A stretch of DNA of 64,000 nt, taken from the IMG/VR virus record IMGVR_UViG_3300024259_000011. One strand, written 5' to 3'. This DNA is from a virus. Its lineage: Duplodnaviria; Caudoviricetes. Of this stretch, positions 46,501 through 58,500 are shown piece by piece (the stretch's first letter is position 1; every line of letters begins with the position of its first letter). The position numbers and the translations under genes were made by a program. The notes under the pieces are model-generated. The model ran no database searches. It worked only from the letters and a program-made list of their open reading frames with translations, and was not told the DNA's origin.

Positions 46501-49500
46501 TACCATATCTGGGTTATCGATGGTTTGACGACTGACGATAAATGCGTCTGCAGAGCCCGAGAAAGAACCACTGAATCTATAGCCTTCGCCGGCGAGGAGA
46601 ATGCCGTTAGTCTTGTTAACAATACTATTGGTAAACGTTCCTGAGATATGTCCGTCCCAATCTACTGCTCCATAATATTCTGTACTACCCGACTTCCAAG
46701 TTCTGAGGTTTGCGGTCGATCCGCAATTCCAATCCGGCGAGCCTGTGACTTGTAGCCATTTTGGATTTGCAATAGTCATCTCGGTGCCATGAAGGGTATA
46801 CGGCTCTGGGATGTCTCCAATCTCTAAATAGATTCCCTGCGAGGCTGACGGGATTTCGCCGTACTGGTGCCACATTCCGATTGGTTCGCAAAGACCAGCA
46901 TATCCATGATGATATCCGTTTCTCTCAACCAGACAAGAGCCAGAAGCAGAGCCAGAAAGTGTTGGCGCAGACTGGTTGTCCGTCAAGCCATACCCAAAGT
47001 GCAGGATTGGAGTCTCAAACTTAGTTTCGATAACCCAAGCAGAATTTCTAGTGCTTGTATCCAACGAATCGGAAACCGATAGCGGCTGACCGGTGAGAGC
47101 GTCGTAAGTAACTTCCTTGATTTGGGTTTTGCCCTTAATCTTAACTGCTGCGTCAACTTGCATTGCGTTAACGTTCATCGCATAGCCCTGCGGACCAACC
47201 GTACCCCAATCGCCGTAAGCGCCGGAAACATAGTCGAACTCGTATCTCAGGAAGTTAACAGTTGTATTCTCCCAGATATCATCAAGATAGTGCTTGCCTG
47301 TTCTGGTCGGCTTAAAGGTTACTAATGCCCATGCCTGCCCGTCGTAGTATGGAGGAGTGAACGGGGCATTGTATCCATTGGTGCTGTCCTTCATTCCATA
47401 AGTTGTGCCAATCCTGTCAGCTACCTTGCCAACTGTACCGGAGCCGGGAACGTGTGAGCCTGCGCCGGCGGCAAAGGACATAGACATCGGAGCCACAGAG
47501 CCAGTATACATATATTCAAGTTCTGGTTGGAAAGCATACCCGCCGGCGCATGGAGGACCAAAGGCGCTCGGGCGGCTGTACATTGTGATCGTTTCCGGCG
47601 CGATGATTTGTGGACGAGGATACTGTGATTCTTCCTTGGCATAATCTTGTCCATATGGGCTCTGATAGTCTGCAATTGGGTTACCGACTCCGAAGCCACC
47701 GTCGCTTGTCCATAGCCCGCCATCATCAGCCGCCTGAGAGTCACCGCCATCGGGGTCATAAGAGCCGGATGTGCTGCCGCCGAAGGCACCATATTCGACA
47801 CCCTCAGTCAGCGCGCCGCCGAAGCCCCGTTGGTATCCGCGTGCCTCCATTCCGACCACATCTGTGTAATAGCAAGGCTCGTATTGTCCCAAGAAAGGCA
47901 TGGTGCCACTTGGAGTCCCAGCGTGGGTCAGAGTTGGTATTGGCTTTAGAGGACCACGGTGGTTTGCCCAGTGGTTGCTGGAACTAGGAGTCGTAGACAC
48001 TGCAACAGATTCTTGAGACTTCCAGACCTTGACCATCATTCTATATTCCGGAATGATCTGATCTCCGTTGTGTACAACTGCGCTGACTTGACCAAAGTTA
48101 CCATCACTTTCAGGCAAAGAAGTAAACGACTGCATTTTTCCATCTGCGAGGAAGAAGCTGGGTACTTCTGCCAAGAAGTTATGCATCATCATCTTGTACA
48201 ATGGATCACCTTGACCATTCCAAGAAGCAGTAACATTCATGGACGCACTCGGGTGAGGCTCCATATCAACCAGTGGAACGTTTGTAAGATATTTTTCTGG
48301 CTCCACCAAAGTTTCAAATGGGAGCCGGTTGTCGAAGTATTCGTTTAGAATCTGGTAGTTCCTGCCGCCGTCACGGTCAACCGATGAAGTGGTGGCTAGT
48401 TTTCTGTTCAGAACAGGATAATCTACGGCGATACCGGATTTGATTGTATTAAAGAGGATGCCGGGAGCCATGAAAGGACCGTAAAACGGGCGTTTTGCTG
48501 CTGCCGCATTTCGACCATGAGTTTCAAAACCACTGCTGTAACGCTTTCCAGATCCACCAACTCTCGGACTAGTGGGATCCACGATTTCATCAAGATTAAA
48601 GTCATATCCGCCTTTGTCCACGTCACTGTAGAACATTGCAGTTGTGAGAGTATGTGCGGTGTTAGTACCACCACCAGCGAAGTTGCTACCGATGTGGATG
48701 CCGGTACAGTTTTCAGACATTGTTCTGTTACCGTTGGAGCCGGCAAGAACGCTTATAATAGTAAGTTCTACATATGAGCCGGCAACATGGGATATGTAAG
48801 CGATGAGCGTGTTTTTATGATCGCCGCGTTCAATAGCGTGGCGGAACGCATTTGCTCGCTCGATTGCTCCAGCAACCGTAGTAGCGGTACTCATTTTTTC
48901 CCAGCCAACCGTGTCGGTGCCTACAGTGTTTGCTTGTGCCACCGTGTAGATTACTGTATTATTAGAATAATCAGCTATAGTGAGAGCTTGACCGACTGAT
49001 GGTCCCGCGCTGTTGATAACAAACTGAAGTTTTGCGGCGGCGGCGCCGATAAGCATTGATCCATAGACTTGTCCTTCCGGAACTCTGTGCCATGGGTTAA
49101 ATCCATACCACGGCAAGGCGCTCTTCGGCGGTCTAATTGAGCCCGAACTGTCTGCTCGAACAAAAGAAGACGGCTTATCATTAACACCCATATCGGATTT
49201 AAACGTAACATGTTCGTCGTAACTGTTAATAAACTGCTTGCAAAGGTCTACAGTGCGAAGCTGCGGGTAAAAGCCTTCATACGGCAGGAACTTGAGAACC
49301 GCATCACATGTCAGCGTTAGCTGATATGGCTCTGCAATGTCTGTGTGCTTGCTGCGAATCGCATCAAAGAGAGCCGGCTTTGCAGTAATAGCATAATCGG
49401 AAACAAAAGACGAGGTAACAGTACTGCCAATTTTGGCTGTGTGCGAGGAACCCGTCAGTGGTCCACCGGCAGAAGAACTTGGGTTGCCAATAAGAGAGAG

Positions 49501-52500
49501 CCATTCGCTATCTCTAGACTTAAAGCGACCCTGCTTGTCGAGAACAAAGAAGGGGATCCTGTCGCTAATGCGATATTCCGGAAGCACTTGTCTGTCTTGT
49601 GATTTTCCTCGCATTTCCTCAAACCAATCTGAATAGTTGGCATAGAATGGAGCCTTGCCAGACTGCTCTGGCGCCTTCCATTTCCAGTCGCTGACGTAAA
49701 GTCCCTCGACTGTGTGTCCGATTGATCTTGTGAGTTGCGAAACGATGCGATCACCCAGATCGTATGGCTTAGGCGCTATAGATGAAGTGTGCGGAATTGT
49801 GCAAAATTGATTAGAGTTGATCCCGTCAGCAATACTGTATTCGTCGTTGTCATCGCTGGTCGCGTATTCGTGGTTTATACCGGGAAACATGGGACTCAAG
49901 CCATCACCCTTACCATAAGACGAAGCGCCAGTAAGTTCTGATGTTTCTGAGGCGAAGTTGAACCTTCGACTGTAAGCCGCTTTGCCGGCAGACGGCGAAC
50001 AATAACTGTCGCGTCCGACAAGCATGTGCGGTCTTGCATATGATGGTCCAAAAGCAATGTTTGACGCGGCGCAAACCACATAGCGCTCGGAAACCATGTA
50101 CCCTGCCGGATCGACCCGGGTGTTTCCGATCATCTCAGCTATATTCTGATAGGAGTTGACGGATACCGTTGAAGACGAGACCACTGGAATCCGGGTGCTG
50201 TCAGCAATATTCGTGGGATCCCAGCCATATTTCATGCCATTATGGAACCATGTGAACTGATTTTGTAGAATTCCGGGGGCGCCAAACGTGTGTGCTTTTT
50301 CGATGGAGCGACCGCGCATGAAGCCTCTGTTGTGGCTCAGCGCATCTGAACCCGATGCCCTAAATTGTGCAGCCTCTAGCGATCCATCGACGCCTCCTGC
50401 TCTTGCGCCGAGCATATCCTTTCTGTCAGTTAGCGCAGTGCTGTTGCGTTCAAGGTTAATACTTCCTCCGTCCATTGGCCAAACGCTGGCAGAGTATTCG
50501 ATATATTGAACGTTGTTTTCTTTTGACTCTTGGTTGTGGAAGACACTGTAAATCGTATCAGTTGTGCTCCAGTAATACGTCGATGCGTCTGGACCTAAGT
50601 GGAACCGAAAAGCCGTCCTAGGAGACCGGGGGTCACCGGTTTCGTCGAAATATGTCCTTCGACCAACTGGATCATAATCTACTAAGTGGGATTCGTCGTC
50701 AAGATGCTGCATTTCCGCGTCGTCGTCGGCTGCCCAAAAGCCTGCATCAAAACGGGCGCGGCTACGATAGCCGGCGCGACCAACATTTTTTGCTCTCGGG
50801 AAAATGGTTTCCCTGTATATTAAGCTTACTAATGTGTATGCATTGTCACCATTAATATCCGTCTTTTCCGTGTACATTTCATACAGATCATCAAACACGG
50901 TTCTTTCACTCTTATAGTTTAATAAACCTACATCTGTGTTAAGCTTGTTGATTGGGAAGTTTTTGAGATTGTTTTGATATGTACTCTTAACATAAAGCAG
51001 ATCTTCGGTTGTAGAATAATGGGTACCTTCGGGTCCGCCCATAGTTCCCAAGCCCGGGCTGAAATGTGCCTCAGTAAAGTCGCCGACCTGAATGGTGGTG
51101 ATCATCGACTTAGAGGACCGGTCTACAACTGGTACATAATAGTGATGGTGCGTTCTTTCTGCCGTGTTGATGTGACCTAAGCGCTTGAATGCCGCAACAG
51201 CATCCTTGCCTCGCATTCTACTCTTGTATCTGCGGCGACCAACAAAGCCCGGGGCGGGGTTTTCAACCCTGTCAGACTGAGGATCTACCAAAACATAGCG
51301 GTTGTTCTCGCGCATGGTTCTTGCAAGAATGTGCTCGCCGGTACGAATCTGCTTCCATGTCGGATATCCATACGGTCCATTGCGTTTCCACATCAAGCTA
51401 TTGAAGATGCTGGCAACAGACTGGTTAATGGCATAATGCTGATGATCTGTGGAAGAGGGTGTAAAGTCTACATTCTCATGAGTAAACGTCCCTGCTGCGC
51501 CTGACCAGTACATGGGGGTCACGTCATAGCGAATCTTCTCGTTATCCCATAGATCCGGGCTGGTGCCATCGGAATCACCAACAAAAGCACCCTGAAGGTG
51601 GATTTTCTCGGAGTTGTGGATGGTGGGACCAATGCCGGAAACCGATTCGCGACCATCGTTGAACAAGAACGTGCCGTTAAGATAGTTATGCAAGCTGCCA
51701 ATGCGAGAGCCATATGCAAATCCGCCGCGTCTATCGTTTGTGTTCGCGCCGATAACCTGCTTATCGTCTGCTGGCAAGATGCCGCCTGAAGCAAAGAAGC
51801 CCAAAGCGACAGCGCCTGAAGCGTCTGAGAGCCATGTGTTCTGCTCTTCGCGGAGATTTAGGTTGAGCGTCTGGACGTTTGGAATATCCTGATAGCCCAG
51901 AGACTTAGCGATACCAAAATATCGGAAGCCTCGGTCGTCGCTGTTGGCGTGAGTGTCCGTGTCGCCGATGGCACTTCCCGCATCGCTAGCACTGTTAAAC
52001 AAGATCGGGTCAACCGGTCGAGAGCCGGTGAGTGTCGGGATGTTAAGAGACGATAGGTGGTACCCGTAACCTAACTGTGGAAGTGTTGAATCGCTGCCAG
52101 ACGGCGCCAAAGACGCACTAATCCAAGCATACTGATAATCATTTTGCGGGATTGGGCGAGTTACATAGTCGTTATCGTAACGCCACCTATCGACAACAGC
52201 GGGAAGCGCGCCGGCGCCCATTTGAGTATCCCCCCATGAAGTGCCCTGTTCGCCGACTGCGGCGCCTCCGTCAACAGTAAACCAAGTCCCAAGCTCGTTA
52301 CGGGCTTCTGCGGCGTTGCTCCAATCAATAGAGTTGGCTAAAGTCCCGCTCAAGGCGTAAGTCAGAATGATAACTTGATAGTAGTTTGACGATCTGTTAG
52401 TGTAGTCTGAGACACCAAAGCCTGTTGTGCCCTTGATCGCATTTCCAAGTGCAGTTATATTTGCAGCACTATCAGCGATTGCAGAGGCTGTAGTGTGAAT

Positions 52501-55500
52501 ACCAATGAGATATGGATCAGCCGCTGTACCCGCTTTTGTAAGGTCGGTAACATCAACGCCGGTGTCGTCAACGCTGTTTTTCCATTGATAATGGTGTGAT
52601 GAGCCGGTGGCATCTTGAATAATAACTGTGGAGCCGGCGGTGGGTAGTGTTGAGTATAGGTTACCAATAGCGACCTTTCTTGCTACCGAAGTAGGATCTA
52701 AATCTGCCTCTTCATCGCTGCGACCGCTGCGGAATCCAAAACTCGGGTTTCTGTTGACCTTGTGCCATGATGCCTGCGTATCGTAAGTACCGGCAGTTGC
52801 ACCACTTGTGACAGTCGGCAAGCCGAACCTGCCCATGGGAAGGCGACGGAGTGACTGCAATCCCAATCGTGGGTGTGCAGCCATATCGTGGGTGCTTGCG
52901 CTAATGTTGTATTGCTCACCGCTTGAAGAGCCTAAGACTTCAAGGTTCCGCCATGGGTATGCGTTGTATACAGAATATTCTTCTGCCGCGAGGTCAAGGA
53001 ATCCCTTGGATTGGTTTCTTGGACCGCCGGGAGCAGAGAACCTGTTTGCGAAAATTGTATCTAAGTTAGTGCTGGAAGACGCTCTATTCTGAACTTCAAA
53101 ATCCATATAAACGTGTTGATCATCAGTGCCAGCGCCGCCACCCTTAATCGCAGAAACAATAACTCTTGCGCCGTCTGCAACTGAGGCTGAAGAGTGGGGA
53201 TCTGCTAAATAGTTATATACAAAGACATCTGTGTTGTCTGTAGAAGAAAGGTGTTGGGGATCGCCGGTCGTGCTGTTTGGCAAGAATGAGTGGCGCTGAG
53301 TCAAGAAAGTCTCGACATGTGTGGTCGCCGGAAGTTCTACAATGTTGGTTGGCGTAGTGGCGCTCCATGACGCGCTGACGCCTGCAGTGTTGACATTGCC
53401 GCTAACTTCTGCGAACGAACCTGTCTGCAAAATATTGCGAACCGATTGGTTGTCTCTTAGGAACGGCTTCTGCACAGAACGTCCGACTGTGTGGACGACC
53501 TCGTAGTTCTTTCTGTAGTTCCCAATGATCGTTCTTGCGGAACCGGTAGCAATCTGGTTATGGTAGTCAATAACCCAAGTGTCAGCAGTACCAGTGGCAG
53601 GTGTGAGAGGCTGAGTGTTATAAGCAAACTGAGTTGCGACGGTAGAGTTCTGGGCTGCCGTAAGGTTATAAATGCCGTACAGTGCATCGTCCTCCCATCT
53701 GGTGCCTAGGCGGTCTGTGTCGTATTCGTTGCGCCCGTCATAGAACAATACAGAGTTCTTGCCCTGACTTGTCAGAGAATGATCGCTGCTGTGATCACCC
53801 ATTCTCCACCATGCCAACAGGCTACCAGTATCAGACTGATAAGCCAGAGTCCTCACCACGAATGGCGGACCTCCAGAAGCGGTGTTGGGGTGTGAATAGT
53901 AACCCCCGTTGCCCATTAGTTCTCGGACTTCGCCTTGTGATAGCGGTCGATTCCAAATGGTAATGTCGTCTATTGAGCCACTAAACTCATATGATGCTGG
54001 AGCGCTGATATTTCCGCCGATTACGACTGCCGGGGCGATATTAAGCGCATTATTTGAACTGTCTTTGCGGAAGGCGTGTGAAGAAGTCATTTCAATGACA
54101 AACTTGGCGGGTGCGATGTTGGTCGTTACAGTCTGCTCCGTACCGTTAAGATAGACTTTCGGCTTCGCGTCGGTGTCAATCTCAAAGCCGTCTGAGCCGG
54201 AAGTACCGCCCTGAGTCGCATCGTAAGTAACTGCTAAGTGCCACCAGCCCTCATTGTCTGTAAGATATGAGCCGCTTTCATCACTGTTAAGTGTCATTGA
54301 GCCTGTGGCTGTAACCCACTGAGCGTGGCGACCATATGTCGTTTGTCCTTGTTCCTGCAGAGCATCGGAAGTTGTTGGCAGCCGAATCGACAAGAAGTCG
54401 TTAGCCGTTTTGTCGATTGTCCAGCCGCCATATTCGCCGCTAGGTCCATATTTAGCACTGCCCATAGTGATGAGGCGGCGGTTTGTGCCGTCATCCTTCA
54501 TCCACAGCCATGTAGAGTACGTGAACTTGGCATTGCTGCCTGAGAAGTAGAATGGGTTGCTAGAGTAGTCAGGAGTCTCCGAGTGAACATGCCGCACTGT
54601 GTTGGTGACAGCGGTGTATGGTCCGTAGATGGATGCGCTGACATAAAGAACATCACCAGCCGCATCTCCGGAGGCTGGCCAAGTAACACCCTTTGAGTTG
54701 CCAGCGTAAATGTTTACAACCTTGTGGCGACCAACGTTTTGTGTTTCTGGGTAAAGATAATAATCTCCCGCAGAAGCCGTCTTCATCTGAATGTTTCTGA
54801 TGTTAACTGGTCTCTTCGCGGTTTCATCGCGATAGTATCTACCGCCAATCGGTCGCCAGTTAGTAGCGTCACCTTGCGCGAAAGGATAAGGACCATGTGG
54901 GTATGGATAGTCTGGACCAACCAAACCAACGCCACCAGAAGTTGCGTCAATAACACCGTCTGAATAACTCATAGCCGTGCTTATGAGCATCAAGAAACCT
55001 TCTTCTCGATTTTGAATTGTGTGCGTTCCGTCGTTAACGTCGGCGTGTCGGTACCTTCGACCTCCAACATACTTTTCAGTAAACGGACCCTGCAGAGGTA
55101 GTTCCTTGTCTTCGCCGTATGTGTCTGTGTGAAGGTTAACTAAGTTAACACCTCGACCGAGACCACCAACCTTCGTAGTTATCTGTGATGGCGGGTCGAA
55201 ATAAGCTTGCCCAATCTTGTGAGTGTAAGTCCCATCAGAGCTAGTGCTGGTGATTGCTATGCCAGTGCCAGTGTATACAGTTAACTCTTGATTGATTAAT
55301 GCGGTGTAGCCTGCGTTAACATCCTCGGTGCTAGAAGAAATAACGTTAAAGGGCATGACCAAGTTACCACGGAATGTGGTGTATGACCCGGATCCCCAGT
55401 CTGGAGTATAAGCTCCGCCGGCAACATATTGCCCACCAGCGTTTGACTTGAAAGTTTCCCAGCCATCAATAACCTTATAACCTTCTCGTTTTACAACGCC

Positions 55501-58500
55501 ACCGTATGAACTGGATGTGGGAGTATCACAGTTGGGAAGACTTGCGCTCGGTGATGCGTCCTTGTCCATGTCCTTCGCCAGCAAATAGCCAAGTGGGAAA
55601 CCACCATAGATATGATAATCAAGGGGTCTTGGAGAGAACGGTACTGTAGCCGGATAAACATAATCCAACTTCTTAATGTCATCGTAGTTGATACCACCAT
55701 GAATGATGGTGCTTCTGTGTACAGAATATTTATAAGGAGTCGTGTACTGTCTATTAAATGTTTGTGCGCTGGCACTAAAGATGCCGGTGCGAGAAGCTAA
55801 CGTACCAGAGTGGTGCAAATCATTAGCGCTGCCGCTTGTCGCACGCAAAGCAGTCGCAGCTAGAATCGGATGTTCACGATCTGCTCGGCGACTCCACCAT
55901 AAGCAGTTCTCGTTGTCGTCCATCATCTCAGCAGAGCCGGTTGAACCTACTTCAACTGAACTGATCGAGTGGATATCCCTCGGAAGAGGGGCACGACCAC
56001 GTTGGTAATCGTACAAAAGTTTATTAATACCTTCGGCGCCTGCAATCGGAGGATCACCGTGGAATTCCATTGAAGGGAACTTGGTCTGGTATTTGTTTCT
56101 TTCCAGAATATGGCTCTCGACCATCGTTCTCAAACCTTCAGAAGAGTAGGCGGAGGCAGGCATAAGCTGCTCTAAGAACCTACTGACAGCGCCATCAACC
56201 CATTTGTAGTAGTCAACGTATTTGTCCAAGTCAGGAGTGTTGCCAATCCTTTCAAAGAACAGTTGACGAAGTTTCGCCAAGTCCTTATATTCGTGTCGGT
56301 ATCGGTTAACCGGCTCGCCGATGAGGTTGTCGAAGTCCTTAAGTGTGGCGAACATATTGATCATTTCTTCCGAAATGGTCTGGTACATGCTCTTTTCGAG
56401 CGCGTAAACAACCTTTGATGGTCGTGTCTCTCTGGTGAAGAACTCATCGTCACGTCTGCGAATCTCGACCATATCGCTGCTGTACAGATATTCTGGTAAG
56501 ACCATCTTAGCAGTAGGGATGTATCGCGTGTTAACAACGTTCGTCTTGTTGTCCAAGAAGAAATCACCGATACCTAGGTGCTGCATTCTGACTTGTGGGC
56601 TGAACTCTTCCTTGTATCGGTCGCCGTGGTCCGCTGATCCGGAAGACATATCATGCACAATGAACTGTGCATCTTGAGTGTTTAGTGCGGTGGTCGGGCT
56701 GTCTCCGGATCCAGTGACATTATCAAAGTTCCAGTGAAGCGCCAAAGTCGCAAGTTGTGGCACATAAACGCCACTCATCGCAGACTGATATACAAATGCA
56801 TTTTCGTATGGGCTGGTGGTACCGTAGTTGCTCTCGTCCATCGCGTGTGCAAGAACGACATTATCCGGTATATAACTCATCCAATAACGGAGATTTCCGA
56901 CATCAACGTTGGAATAATGAAGAACAGTTGAGCTAGTAAAGTCTTGGTGTAGGGCGCCGGCGTAACATCGTTTGGACGAAGACAAGAAAGTTTTACCAAC
57001 TGCTTCTGATACGGTAGTGGAAACACTAAACTCGTTTTGTACCAAATCGGTGAACATGTTAACGCCGTAGAACTCAACATCAAACGAGTTATCAAGACCG
57101 GCATTAAAGCTGGTTGCAGTGACAGTTGTGACGCCACTCATATCAATAGACGTATTCCCTGCAGTACCATGGGCTGCTTGGGTGAGTGTTATTCGCAATG
57201 GACCGGTTTGTTCAGTCGCGGCGATTGCAACATCGGATGCGTTGATAGCATCTCTAATTCTTTCTCCTACTGATGCGGCACTACCTAGAGCACCATTAAC
57301 ACCAATGATTACATTATCTCCATCTTTGGTGCCATCTACGGTTGTGACAGCGCGCTTAAATATAAAACCTACTGCAAGTCCTGCAGCATCTGTAAGGGTA
57401 AAAGTCTCACCGGTGAGCGGTCCACCCGTAGTGGTGATTGCTGCTGTTGCGGCACTAGAAGATCCGCTAACTTGATCTTGCCATGGGTATTTCGAGGGCT
57501 TGACTCTGACTGCAAAGTTCCATCTCGTATCGTCATAAATGTCTTCATAATATGAAGAGGTCAGCACGCCCAAGTTGGATGAAGATAGTTGGAAGTATGC
57601 TCTCTTAGATTCTAACCTGTCCTTGATTGCCATAACGCGGAGGTCTACGCCGTCGTCGGTTGGGAACCTAGTATCAGTGGTGCTCTCAACCGTGCCCATG
57701 GCGCCAAACAAAGATGCAGTAAAGAATGAGTCTTGGAACCATGTAGTGCTATCAGTTGGTTCGTCCTTCAGCGGGAAGAAGACTTCGCACTCGATGGTCT
57801 GCGGGTTGTATGCACCAAAGGCGCTGCCGCTAGCAGAGCCTGTAATATAAGCTGCTGCATGAGGGTTGTCATATACACCGTCTACAGACATAGACATCGC
57901 TTGATAAACCGTTCCTTGGAAGCGGTCTGGATGTGAGAAACTTACATAGTTTGTCTTATTCGATGTACTGCGCCGGTTATCTTTGAACACATAATCCGAT
58001 TGGTCAGAGTATACATTAAGCTTTACGAGTTCATCATCAACTCCGAAGCACCGTAACATATTGCGGAAAGACTTCTCGGTTCCTTTTGACTTGAAAATGT
58101 AGAGCAAGTTGGCGTAGATATTGGTGTAAATCTGATTTCGAGTATCTGCCAATGTCTCAGCATATTCTTTCTTTTCGTTGCGATGTAGGAAGTTCTCAAT
58201 GAATTCTGCTTCTTGCAGCAGTTCCGGTGTTGCGATTCCAAATTGTGAAACAAGCTTGTCTGCGAATGGGATGGGCTTGTAGCTAGCCGAATGTGCATTC
58301 TGGGTGTAAGCTGTCGAATATCGTTCTTTAATCTTACCCATCGCTTCAATCTGCAGATGCAGTTTATCGAAGTAGCTACCCATAATCTGAGTCAATTCAC
58401 TCAGTGTTTCAGATTCCTCGGCGCCTTCTTCAGATGTCCAAGACGGGAAACCAGCAGCTATTTTAGAAGGATTAAGGTTATCATGCGTAGAGCCGGATGC

